From Armatimonadota bacterium (lineage in GTDB: Bacteria; Armatimonadota; Hebobacteria; CAIYQO01): a stretch of 19,016 nucleotides of DNA. The notes below the pieces were generated by a model. That model was not told the origin of the DNA, ran no database searches, and saw only the letters and a list, made by a program, of their open reading frames with translations. The DNA is taken from NCBI GenBank assembly GCA_038248345.1, contig JBBRXO010000054.1:1-19016 (forward strand), read 5' to 3'. Position 1 is the stretch's first letter; each line of letters opens with the position of its first letter. Below, piece after piece: positions 1-6,981 of the stretch. The translations under genes and the position numbers were made by a program.

Positions 1-1
1 C

Positions 2-520
2 CATGCTGCCGCGCACAGCAGCGACCGCGTGGGCATCATGGCCTTTGCCGAGGAGGTGGTGGCCTACATGCCGCCGGGCAAGGGCGGCAGCCAACTGGGC
101 CGTGTGCTGGAGCAGCTTTACCCGCTGCAACCGCGCCCGGTGGAGTCCGACTACCGCCGAGGCTTCGCTTACCTGGCCAACCGCCTGCGCAAGCGCTCGC
201 TGGTTATCATCTTCACCGACCTCATCGACCCGGACTCCAGCAAGCGGCTGGTGGACAACATCAGCCTGCTGCACCCGCAACACCTGGTGCTCTGTGTGGC
301 GTTGAGCGATTACGAGCTGGTCGATATCCTCTCTGGCCCCCCCGCCAGCGCGACGGGCCTCTACCAGCAGACCATGGCCACCGCGGTAATGGAAGACCGC
401 CAACTGGCGCTGGCACAACTGCATCAGCGCGGGATATTAACCCTGGACGCCGCCCCCAGTGACCTGTCATTAACGGCGGTGAACCGGTATCTGCAGATCA
501 AGAAAGAGGGACGGGTGTAG
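2..520 (+). CDS. DUF58 domain-containing protein (vWA-like), C-terminal part; truncated by the window start
   Basis: Frame is open from position 2 (HAAAHSSDRVGIMAFAEEV...). Contains DRVG..F, ESDY and RSLVIIFTDL motifs and a C-terminal 'AVNRYLQIK', typical of DUF58 proteins. Stop TAG at 518-520. Confidence 0.8.
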   Translation, partial: HAAAHSSDRVGIMAFAEEVVAYMPPGKGGSQLGRVLEQLYPLQPRPVESDYRRGFAYLANRLRKRSLVIIFTDLIDPDSSKRLVDNISLLHPQHLVLCVALSDYELVDILSGPPASATGLYQQTMATAVMEDRQLALAQLHQRGILTLDAAPSDLSLTAVNRYLQIKKEGRV

Positions 521-532
521 GTTTTTTTTCAA

Positions 533-556
533 CACAGAGGCACAGAGGGCACAGAG
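533..556. repeat. Short tandem repeat CACAGAG x3 (cacagag-g-cacagag-gg-cacagag)
   Basis: Read directly: copies at 533-539, 541-547 and 550-556, just after the DUF58 stop and a T-run. Confidence 0.8.
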
Positions 557-593
557 AAGATAAGACAAGTGGGTATCTCTGGGAGCGCAGGCC

Positions 594-625
594 CGTGGCA
601 TGGGCGTCCCGCCCATGAGAGCGGG
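594..625 (+). repeat. REP family A, forward copy (GTGG tag + CATGGGCG-TCC-CGCCCATG hairpin + AGAGCGGG tail)
   Basis: 32 nt identical to 6918-6949 next to the RAYT gene; hairpin at 599-617. Confidence 0.92.
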
Positions 626-639
626 GTTTCAAACCTTGG

Positions 640-769
640 CACCACCCCCTGAAGGAGGTGGCTAACAACGGCAAGCACGCTAAAGCGCGCTATCATTCGG
701 GTCAGAAAAGTCCGCGAAGGCGGACGACCGGCCGTAGGCCACGCAGCCGGGATTTCAATCCCAGCGGAA
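640..769 (+). repeat. REP-like composite element, family B (two divergent arms, each with two hairpins), nested between two family-A REPs
   Basis: Hairpins CCACCCCC-TGAA-GGAGGTGG, AGCACGC-TAAA-GCGCGCT, GTCCGC-GAAG-GCGGAC and GGGATT-TC-AATCCC. Blocks 640-674, 708-724 and 743-769 are exact reverse complements of 2844-2878, 2729-2745 and 2694-2720. Confidence 0.88.
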
Positions 770-770
770 T

Positions 771-796
771 CTCATGGGCGAGACGCCCATGTTACG
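771..796 (-). repeat. REP family A, reverse copy
   Basis: Reverse complement reads cGTAAcatgggcg-tct-cgcccatgag; forms an inverted doublet with 594-625. Confidence 0.88.
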
Positions 797-852
797 ATTT
801 TCATTTCTGCTGACAAGTAGGAACCACCCCACCGCATGGCGAATTGGTAGTT

Positions 853-2655
853 ATGGCATTAATGTTGAGTTGTGAATCGGTGGGGAAATCCTTTGGCGCG
901 CGGCCACTGTTTACCGGGGTAACCCTGGGAGTTTTTGACGGAGAGCGGCTGGGGGTGATCGGGCCTAACGGCGCGGGCAAGTCCACGCTCATCCGCATTC
1001 TGGCGGGCATGGAGACGGCGGATGAGGGGGAAGTCTCGGTACGGCGCGGGCTGCGTATCAGCTACCTGCCGCAGGAGGACGACTTCCCCGGCGACCCTAC
1101 CGTGGAGAATCTGCTCTGGGAGACGCTGCGCGATTGCCCGGGCGATGAAACCGACCACCACATGCGGGTGAGCATGATGCTGGGCCGCGTCGGCTTCCCC
1201 GACCGCAACCAGCATGCCTCGGAGCTGTCCGGCGGCTGGCGCAAGCGGCTGGCCATCGCGCGTGCACTCATCACTGATCCCGAACTACTGATGCTGGATG
1301 AGCCGACCAACCACCTGGATGTGGAAGGTATCCTCTGGCTGGAAAAACTGCTGCTCTCCGCTAGTTTCTCCTTCCTGCTCATCAGCCACGACCGCTATCT
1401 GCTGGAGAATGTCACCACACGTATCATCGAGATCGACCGCGCCTACCCCGAAGGAGCTTTCAGCATCGCCGGGAGCTACAGCAACTTCCTGCAGAAGCGC
1501 GAGGAATACCTCTCCGGGCAGGAGAGCAAACGGCAGGCGCTGCAGTCGATGGTGCGGCAGGAGATCGCATGGCTGCAACGGGGAGCACGTGCCCGCACCA
1601 CCAAGGCGAAGGGACGCATCGAGGACGCCGGGCAATTGATCTCCGAGCTGGCCGACAGCACCGAGCGCGCCACGCTGCGCCGTTATGCGGGGGTGGACTT
1701 TACCGCTACCGGGCGTAGAACGAAAAAACTACTGGAGATGAAGGGTGTGGGCATCGCCTTCGGCGACAATGTACTGTTGCAAGGGATGAGCCACATCTTC
1801 TATGGCAACACCAAAACCGGGCTACTGGGGGTGAATGGCAGCGGAAAAACCACCATGTTGCGCCTGATTACCGGTGAGTTGGAACCCGATAGCGGCGCCA
1901 TTAAGCGCGCCGAGGGGCTGAAGATAGTCTATTTCCGCCAGGATCGCGGCACGCTCAATCTGGAGGAGAGCCTGCGCAACGCACTCTCGCCCACCGGCGA
2001 CACCGTGCATTTCCGCGATCAGCAGATTCACGTCACTGCCTGGGCCAAGCGGTTCCTCTTCCGTGAGGAACAACTACCGTTGCCGGTGGGTGAACTCTCC
2101 GGCGGCGAGCAGGCGCGGATCCTCATCGCCCGGCTGATGCTGGACTCCGCCGATGTGCTGATTCTCGACGAGCCGACCAACGACCTTGATATCCCTTCAC
2201 TCGAGGTGCTGGAGAGCGCGCTGGCGGAGTTCCCCGGCACGCTGGTGCTGGTCACCCATGACCGCTACATGCTCGACCGCCTCTGCAGCGAGCTGCTCTA
2301 CCTGGATGGAGAAGGTACCGTCACCCCCTACGCCGATTATCCGCAATGGGAGGCCGCCCAGCGTGCTGGCAAAGCCACACAAAAAGCGGCAATTGCCAAA
2401 GAAGCAGGCACAAAATCTACCACCGCCAAAAAGCTGAACTGGAAAGAGGCACGTGAACTGGAAGGGATGGAGGCGGCCATTCTCGAGGCCGAAAATGAAG
2501 TCTGCCGGATTGAGACTGAACTGGCCAGCCCCGAGCTTTTTACTGCCTATGACCGCCTGACCAAGTTGAGCACCGAACTGCAGGAAGCGCAGGAGAAGGT
2601 GAAGAAGCTGTATTCCAGGTGGGAGATGCTGGAGGCGAAACGAGATAGTTCCTAG
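853..2655 (+). CDS. uup: ABC-F family ATP-binding protein, Uup type
   Basis: Two ABC domains (GPNGAGKS/LSGGW/LDEPTNHLD and GVNGSGKT/LSGGE/LDEPTNDLD) and no TM segments. Has the Uup-like linker EIAWLQRGARARTTKAKGRI and a C-terminal coiled coil (KKLNWKEARELE...YSRWEMLE). ATG 853 preferred over TTG 844. Confidence 0.88.
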   Translation: MALMLSCESVGKSFGARPLFTGVTLGVFDGERLGVIGPNGAGKSTLIRILAGMETADEGEVSVRRGLRISYLPQEDDFPGDPTVENLLWETLRDCPGDETDHHMRVSMMLGRVGFPDRNQHASELSGGWRKRLAIARALITDPELLMLDEPTNHLDVEGILWLEKLLLSASFSFLLISHDRYLLENVTTRIIEIDRAYPEGAFSIAGSYSNFLQKREEYLSGQESKRQALQSMVRQEIAWLQRGARARTTKAKGRIEDAGQLISELADSTERATLRRYAGVDFTATGRRTKKLLEMKGVGIAFGDNVLLQGMSHIFYGNTKTGLLGVNGSGKTTMLRLITGELEPDSGAIKRAEGLKIVYFRQDRGTLNLEESLRNALSPTGDTVHFRDQQIHVTAWAKRFLFREEQLPLPVGELSGGEQARILIARLMLDSADVLILDEPTNDLDIPSLEVLESALAEFPGTLVLVTHDRYMLDRLCSELLYLDGEGTVTPYADYPQWEAAQRAGKATQKAAIAKEAGTKSTTAKKLNWKEARELEGMEAAILEAENEVCRIETELASPELFTAYDRLTKLSTELQEAQEKVKKLYSRWEMLEAKRDSS

Positions 2656-2680
2656 TTCCTGGTTTCTGGTTTCTAGTTCT
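2646..2680. repeat. Heptamer tandem repeat T(A/G)GTT(C/T)(C/T) x5, overlapping the uup stop codon
   Basis: tagttcc-tagttcc-tggtttc-tggtttc-tagttct. Confidence 0.8.
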
Positions 2681-2693
2681 GTAGGGGCGTAGT

Positions 2694-2878
2694 TTCCGCT
2701 GGGATTGAAATCCCGGCTGCATGGCGCTTCCGCCTTCGCGGACTTGTCTGGCCTTTCGACTGTAGCCCGCGCCCGCCGTGGCGCGAATTTGCTAACACCA
2801 AACGCGCCACGGGGGGCGCGGGCTATGATACACGTTAGTGAATTTGCCGTTGTTAGCCACCTCCTTCAGGGGGTGGTG
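2694..2878 (-). repeat. REP-like composite element family B, inverted copy, interrupted by a family-C doublet
   Basis: Exact reverse-complement matches of 27, 17 and 35 nt to the 640-769 element. Confidence 0.88.
2762..2825. repeat. REP family C inverted doublet (REPIN-like): GTAG-CC-CGCGCC-N6-GGCGCG arms
   Basis: 2763-2785 and 2803-2825 are 23-bp inverted repeats with 1 mismatch around a 17-nt spacer. Each arm is itself a hairpin; GTAG tag at 2762. Confidence 0.85.
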
Positions 2879-2889
2879 GAGAGAATATA

Positions 2890-3735
2890 ATGCCAAATAA
2901 AACAATCACCGCAGCAGCAATCACCGCCGCCGTGGCGGAGATGTGCATCAAGGCGAACCGTTGCGCACCGGCGGAGTTAGTGGACGCGGTGACGCATGCA
3001 GCTACGCTGGAGGAATCCCCCGGCGGGCGCGCGGTGCTGGAGTTGCTGGGGCAGAACTACGCCACCGCGGCGGAGACCGGGCTGCCTATATGCCAGGATA
3101 CCGGCATGGCGGTGGTAATGGTGGAGCTGGGGCAGAACACCTTCCTGCAGGGGAATCTGGAGGAGGCTATCAATGCCGGAGTACGGCAAGGATACTGCGA
3201 TGGCTATCTGCGCAAGTCAATCGTCAGTCACCCGCTGCGTCGCGTGAATACGGGCGACAATACCCCGGCGATGATACATATACACCTGGTGCCGGGTGAC
3301 GGGCTGAAGCTGACACTGCTGCCTAAAGGCGGCGGAAGCGAGAACGCCGGGGCGCTGAAGATGCTGAAGCCGAGTGATGGCCGCGCCGGGGTGATCGACT
3401 TTGTAGTTTCGCGCATCGCAGAGCAGGGGGTGAACGCCTGCCCGCCGTTGATCATCGGTGTGGGGATAGGTGGGAACTTCGAGGGGTGTGCGTTACTTGC
3501 CAAGCAGGCGTTACTACGCCCAATCGGCCAGCCGAGTGATGACCCGGATGATGCCGCGTTGGAGGCGGAACTGCTGGCGCGCATCAACGCGTTGGGCATC
3601 GGTCCGGCGGGCTACGGTGGCACGGTGACGGCATTAGCGGTGCATGTAGAAACAGCGCCCTGCCACATTGCCAGCCTGCCCTGCGCGGTGAACGTGCAAT
3701 GTAATGCGCACCGGAGGGTAGTCGCTAGTCTATAA
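2890..3735 (+). CDS. Fe-S hydro-lyase alpha subunit (class I fumarate hydratase / L(+)-tartrate dehydratase, FumA/TtdA type)
   Basis: Motifs PICQDTG, GYLRKS, NTGDNTP, PKGGGSEN, ACPP.IIGVGIGG, GIGPAGYGG, CHIASLP and QCNAHR. Substrate cannot be resolved from sequence alone. Confidence 0.92.
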   Translation: MPNKTITAAAITAAVAEMCIKANRCAPAELVDAVTHAATLEESPGGRAVLELLGQNYATAAETGLPICQDTGMAVVMVELGQNTFLQGNLEEAINAGVRQGYCDGYLRKSIVSHPLRRVNTGDNTPAMIHIHLVPGDGLKLTLLPKGGGSENAGALKMLKPSDGRAGVIDFVVSRIAEQGVNACPPLIIGVGIGGNFEGCALLAKQALLRPIGQPSDDPDDAALEAELLARINALGIGPAGYGGTVTALAVHVETAPCHIASLPCAVNVQCNAHRRVVASL

Positions 3736-3822
3736 GTTCAATGTTCAATGTTCAATGTTCAGCGTTCAACGTTCAACGTTCAATGGGTAAGATACCATCA
3801 TTGAACGTTGAACGTTGAACAT
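3736..3822. repeat. Heptamer array GTTCAA(T/C): 7 forward + 3 inverted copies forming a long hairpin between convergent genes; probable bidirectional terminator
   Basis: Forward copies at 3736-3784, reverse copies at 3800-3820. 3764-3785 pairs perfectly (22 bp) with 3799-3820, followed by a T-run at 3822-3827. Confidence 0.85.
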
Positions 3823-3830
3823 TTTTTCAA

Positions 3831-4154
3831 CTACCAGCGGCTGGAGCCGCCGGAGCTACCACTGCGCTGATTCTGGAAGCAATCGGAGCAGAATACCGGC
3901 TTGTCGCCACGGGGGACGAAGGGAACCTGGGCTTCTTTGCCGCAGGAAGAGCACACCGCGGTGTGCATTTCGCGCGGGCCGCTGTTGCGTGATCCGCCGA
4001 AGCTGCCACTGGCCTTGCGGGCTGTGCGGCAATCCGGGCAGCGCGCGGGCGTGTTGGTGAAGCCCTTTTGCGCATGGAATTCCTGCTCACCAGCGGTGAA
4101 TACGAAATCCCGGCCGCAATCGCGGCAAGATAATGATTTGTCTGCGTAGCTCAT
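3831..4154 (-). CDS. Zinc-ribbon / CxxC-x17-CxxC domain protein
   Basis: MSYADKSLSCRDCG..FVFTAGEQEFHAQKGF.NTPARCPDCR, then REMHTAVCSSCG...QVPFVP....PVFCSDCF. RBS AAGGAG (4163-4168, minus strand) supports ATG at 4154. Confidence 0.9.
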   Translation of the reverse strand: MSYADKSLSCRDCGRDFVFTAGEQEFHAQKGFTNTPARCPDCRTARKASGSFGGSRNSGPREMHTAVCSSCGKEAQVPFVPRGDKPVFCSDCFQNQRSGSSGGSSRW

Positions 4155-4315
4155 AGCTAGCACTCCTTAGATTGGATGCTTCCGTCAGCATGATTTGGAA
4201 ATAATTCGCACGGGGGTTCGTTGCGGAAGCAGGAACAACCAGGCTATGCCAAACCAGGCAAAATACTTATGCATCATTAAAGATGGGAACACTTTAGATT
4301 TTCCCCACCATCCAA

Positions 4316-4344
4316 AGTATATACTACAGTTACTAATCATGCAA
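4316..4344 (-). promoter_or_regulatory. Sigma70-type promoter for the zinc-ribbon gene
   Basis: Minus strand TTGCAT (4344-4339) - N17 - TATACT (4321-4316). Confidence 0.6.
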
Positions 4345-4469
4345 GTAGTTTTGAGAATTAATTGTAAATACTCGATATTACAGTGTTTTTGTGAGGAATA
4401 TGCTACTATTATTACCATGTTACCGTCATCATATTTCAAAAAACGAGTACAGGTAGAGAGGACATTACT

Positions 4470-5234
4470 ATGGCGATCACACAATTAGCCGCCCAGCTCT
4501 ACACGCTCCGCGACTACATGAAGACCCCGACAGCAATCGCAGCTACCTTTAAGAAGGTGAAGGCGATAGGCTACGACGCGGTACAGCTAAGCGGCCTGGG
4601 GCCGATCGCTCCGTCGGAGTTAGCCGATATCCTCACCGGCGAAGGTCAGCAGGCAGTTATCACACACACGGGCTACACACGTCTCCGCGCTGAGTTGGAT
4701 GCCGTCATCGCCGAGCATAAATTGTGGAACTGTCCGCATGTGGCCCTTGGATCAATGCCGGAGGAATTCCGCTCATCCGCTGGCATCCGGGAATTCGCCG
4801 TCGTCGCCAATGACATCGGCAAAAAACTGGCAGCGGCCGGGCTGACCTTCAGCTATCATAATCACAGCTTTGAATTAGCCCATAATGACGCCGGCATCAG
4901 TTGGCTGGAGCAACTGTATAATGAGACCGACCCGCGCTACCTGCAAGGAGAATTGGACACCTACTGGATACAGCACGGTGGCGCCGACCCGGCAGCATGG
5001 ATTACTCGCTTGAGTGGACGTATGCCCGTTGTCCATCTTAAGGATATGGTAATGGTAGGCGACCAGCAGGTGATGGCAGAGGTAGGCGAAGGTAATTTGA
5101 ATTGGGCCGCCATCCTCCCCGCTTGTCGTGCCGCCGGGGTGCAATGGTATGCTGTCGAGCAGGATGAATGCCGCCGCGACCCCTTCGAGAGCCTGGCGAT
5201 CAGCTACTGCAACCTGGTGGCGATGGGGATTTAA
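4470..5234 (+). CDS. Sugar phosphate isomerase/epimerase (xylose isomerase-like TIM barrel, AP endonuclease 2 family)
   Basis: AQLYTLRD, FSYHNHSFE, ELDTYW, VHLKD, EVGEGNLNW and VEQD metal-binding motifs. Confidence 0.88.
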   Translation: MAITQLAAQLYTLRDYMKTPTAIAATFKKVKAIGYDAVQLSGLGPIAPSELADILTGEGQQAVITHTGYTRLRAELDAVIAEHKLWNCPHVALGSMPEEFRSSAGIREFAVVANDIGKKLAAAGLTFSYHNHSFELAHNDAGISWLEQLYNETDPRYLQGELDTYWIQHGGADPAAWITRLSGRMPVVHLKDMVMVGDQQVMAEVGEGNLNWAAILPACRAAGVQWYAVEQDECRRDPFESLAISYCNLVAMGI

Positions 5235-5323
5235 ATTTGTCATATTTTCTCCCGTACTGTTGCAGGTGTTACCTTCGCCTCTGGTGAAGTAATTAACAGC
5301 GGTTTCATGCAGGAGAATTGACG

Positions 5324-5827
5324 ATGGATTTTTACGAGGCGGTTAAAAACAGGCGGAGCATCCGCTCCTTTCAGGACACACCGGTGCCCGAAGATGCATT
5401 AATGCGGATTTTAGTGGCTATGCGTCTCGCACCATCAGCGTGCAATCGGCAGCCGTGGCATTTCTATGTACTGCGCGATGAAACGCTGAAAAAAGAGCTG
5501 GTGGGGACGCGCCAGCCGTGGGTAGCATCTGCTCCGGTGGTGATCGTCGCCTGTAGCAAACCGAGTGACGCCTGGGTGCGCAGCTTTGATGAGAAGATCC
5601 ATGCCGATATCGATATCGCCATAGCGGTAGAGCATATCGTGTTGGCCGCGGCGACAGAAGGTCTGGCCAGTTGCTGGGTCTGTTCCTTTGACCCGGCGGT
5701 AGCGCGCCGTTTACTGGATGTCCCTCCCGCCTGGGAGCCAGCGGTTATCATCCCCCTGGGCTATGCAGCGGAAGAACCCGGGGAAACCACGCGCAAAAGC
5801 CTGGAAGATACCGTCACCTGGCGCTAA
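5324..5827 (+). CDS. Nitroreductase family protein
   Basis: RRSIRSF, APSACNRQPWHF, GLASCWV and IIPLGY motifs; RBS AGGAG at 5311-5315 supports ATG 5324. Confidence 0.9.
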   Translation: MDFYEAVKNRRSIRSFQDTPVPEDALMRILVAMRLAPSACNRQPWHFYVLRDETLKKELVGTRQPWVASAPVVIVACSKPSDAWVRSFDEKIHADIDIAIAVEHIVLAAATEGLASCWVCSFDPAVARRLLDVPPAWEPAVIIPLGYAAEEPGETTRKSLEDTVTWR

Positions 5828-5873
5828 TTCATTGCCACTAAATGTTTTTGAAACCCAAAGAAAGAGGATTATG

Positions 5874-6770
5874 ATGAGTAACATCTCCGTAGAAGTAAAG
5901 AAGTTGATGATTGACGCCGAAATGAAATTGAAAGCGCAGGATGTCGATGGCGCAATGGCCAGTTATCGTGCGGTGCTTGCCTTGGATGCGGATAATGTCG
6001 CAGCGCTGGATCACGTGGTAGCCTTGCTCTTCACCGCAGGAAAATGGGAAGAGACGATCCCGCTGATGGAGCAGGTAGTCCGCCTGTCGCCAGATGACGC
6101 CGAGGCGATCTACGTACTGGCCGACCTGTATTTCCACATCGACCGTGTCGCCGAAGCGCGTACACTGTTAGATAAGGTATTGGAACTGGAACCGGATATG
6201 CTGGAGGCACACCTGCGCATGGCCGATATTTTCTTCAGCGAAGATGATTTGGAAGAAAGCGCAACCGAAATCCAGATTGCGCTGGCCATTGACCCCAACT
6301 CCATCGAGGCGCTCATCGCCCATGCTGAACTTTTGCTCTATACCGGTAAAATGCCGGAAGTGATAATGGTGGGAGAAGAGATTCTCAATCTGGATCCCGA
6401 CAACTCCCGCGCTAATTGCCTGCTGGGTATGGCCTATCTTTCGATGAACAAGCCCGATGTAGCCATGGAATACGCCACCACCGCCGTTGCTATCGACCCG
6501 GATGAGCTGGATGCGATGATCACCATCATTCAGGTGCAACTATCGTTGAGCAAATTTGAGGAAGCTATGGCCACTTGTGAGGTGGTACTGGTACGCGACC
6601 CCGAAAACGCCATGGCGCATATGTCCCTCGGTATGGCACAAGCCACCCTGGGTGAATGGGATAAAGCGCACGCCACCGAGAAAACCCTGCGCACCCTGGC
6701 CCCCGAACTAGCTGATGACCTGAAAGAACTGTTGAATTACGGCGCTGGGATGCGCGAGCATATGAATTGA
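5874..6770 (+). CDS. Tetratricopeptide repeat (TPR) protein
   Basis: About 8 tandem 34-aa repeats (…LALDADN…, …LSPDDAEA…, …LEPDMLEA…, …IDPNSIEA…, …LDPDNSRA…). RBS GAGGA at 5864-5868; ATG at 5871 or 5874. Confidence 0.88.
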   Translation: MSNISVEVKKLMIDAEMKLKAQDVDGAMASYRAVLALDADNVAALDHVVALLFTAGKWEETIPLMEQVVRLSPDDAEAIYVLADLYFHIDRVAEARTLLDKVLELEPDMLEAHLRMADIFFSEDDLEESATEIQIALAIDPNSIEALIAHAELLLYTGKMPEVIMVGEEILNLDPDNSRANCLLGMAYLSMNKPDVAMEYATTAVAIDPDELDAMITIIQVQLSLSKFEEAMATCEVVLVRDPENAMAHMSLGMAQATLGEWDKAHATEKTLRTLAPELADDLKELLNYGAGMREHMN

Positions 6771-6776
6771 ACGGGT

Positions 6777-6960
6777 AATCGTAGCATGGGCGGTATGCCG
6801 TAGCATGGGCGTCTCGCCCATGAGAGCGGGCAATAGGGCATGTATCTCATGGGGCAATCGTGGCATGGGCGTCTCGCCCATGGGAACGGGCGATAGGGCA
6901 CAAATCTATTGGATAATCGTGGCATGGGCGTCCCGCCCATGAGAGCGGGCAATAGGGCAT
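6777..6960 (+). repeat. Tandem array of REP family A units (59-60 bp period): one half unit plus three full units
   Basis: Half unit at 6777-6792; full units start at 6799, 6859 and 6918. Core consensus: cGTRGcatgggcg-tcy-cgcccatgRGARCGGGCRATAGGGCA. Confidence 0.93.
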
Positions 6961-6981
6961 AGATGTCAGGGGATAAAAACG

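Noticed and set aside
640..2878. Classical IS or composite transposon
   Set aside because: No DDE transposase lies inside and I could not see a target-site duplication; kept only as a REP-bounded cassette hypothesis.
2540..2890. Small ORFs 2705-2890 (+) and 2540-2722 (-)
   Set aside because: They lie over palindromic and heptamer repeats and show no protein-like features.
4185..4488. 97-99 aa ORFs on both strands
   Set aside because: They span the AT-rich divergent promoter/leader region and have no recognisable motifs or RBS.
5718..5870. N-terminal extension of the TPR ORF
   Set aside because: Overlaps the nitroreductase gene; the RBS supports a start at 5871/5874.
6737..6952. 71-aa minus-strand ORF with repeated peptides
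   Set aside because: Translation artefact of the 60-bp REP units.
6777..6960. CRISPR array
   Set aside because: The ~17-nt linkers resemble each other, the units recur inverted and dispersed, no cas genes are present, and the adjacent gene is a RAYT.
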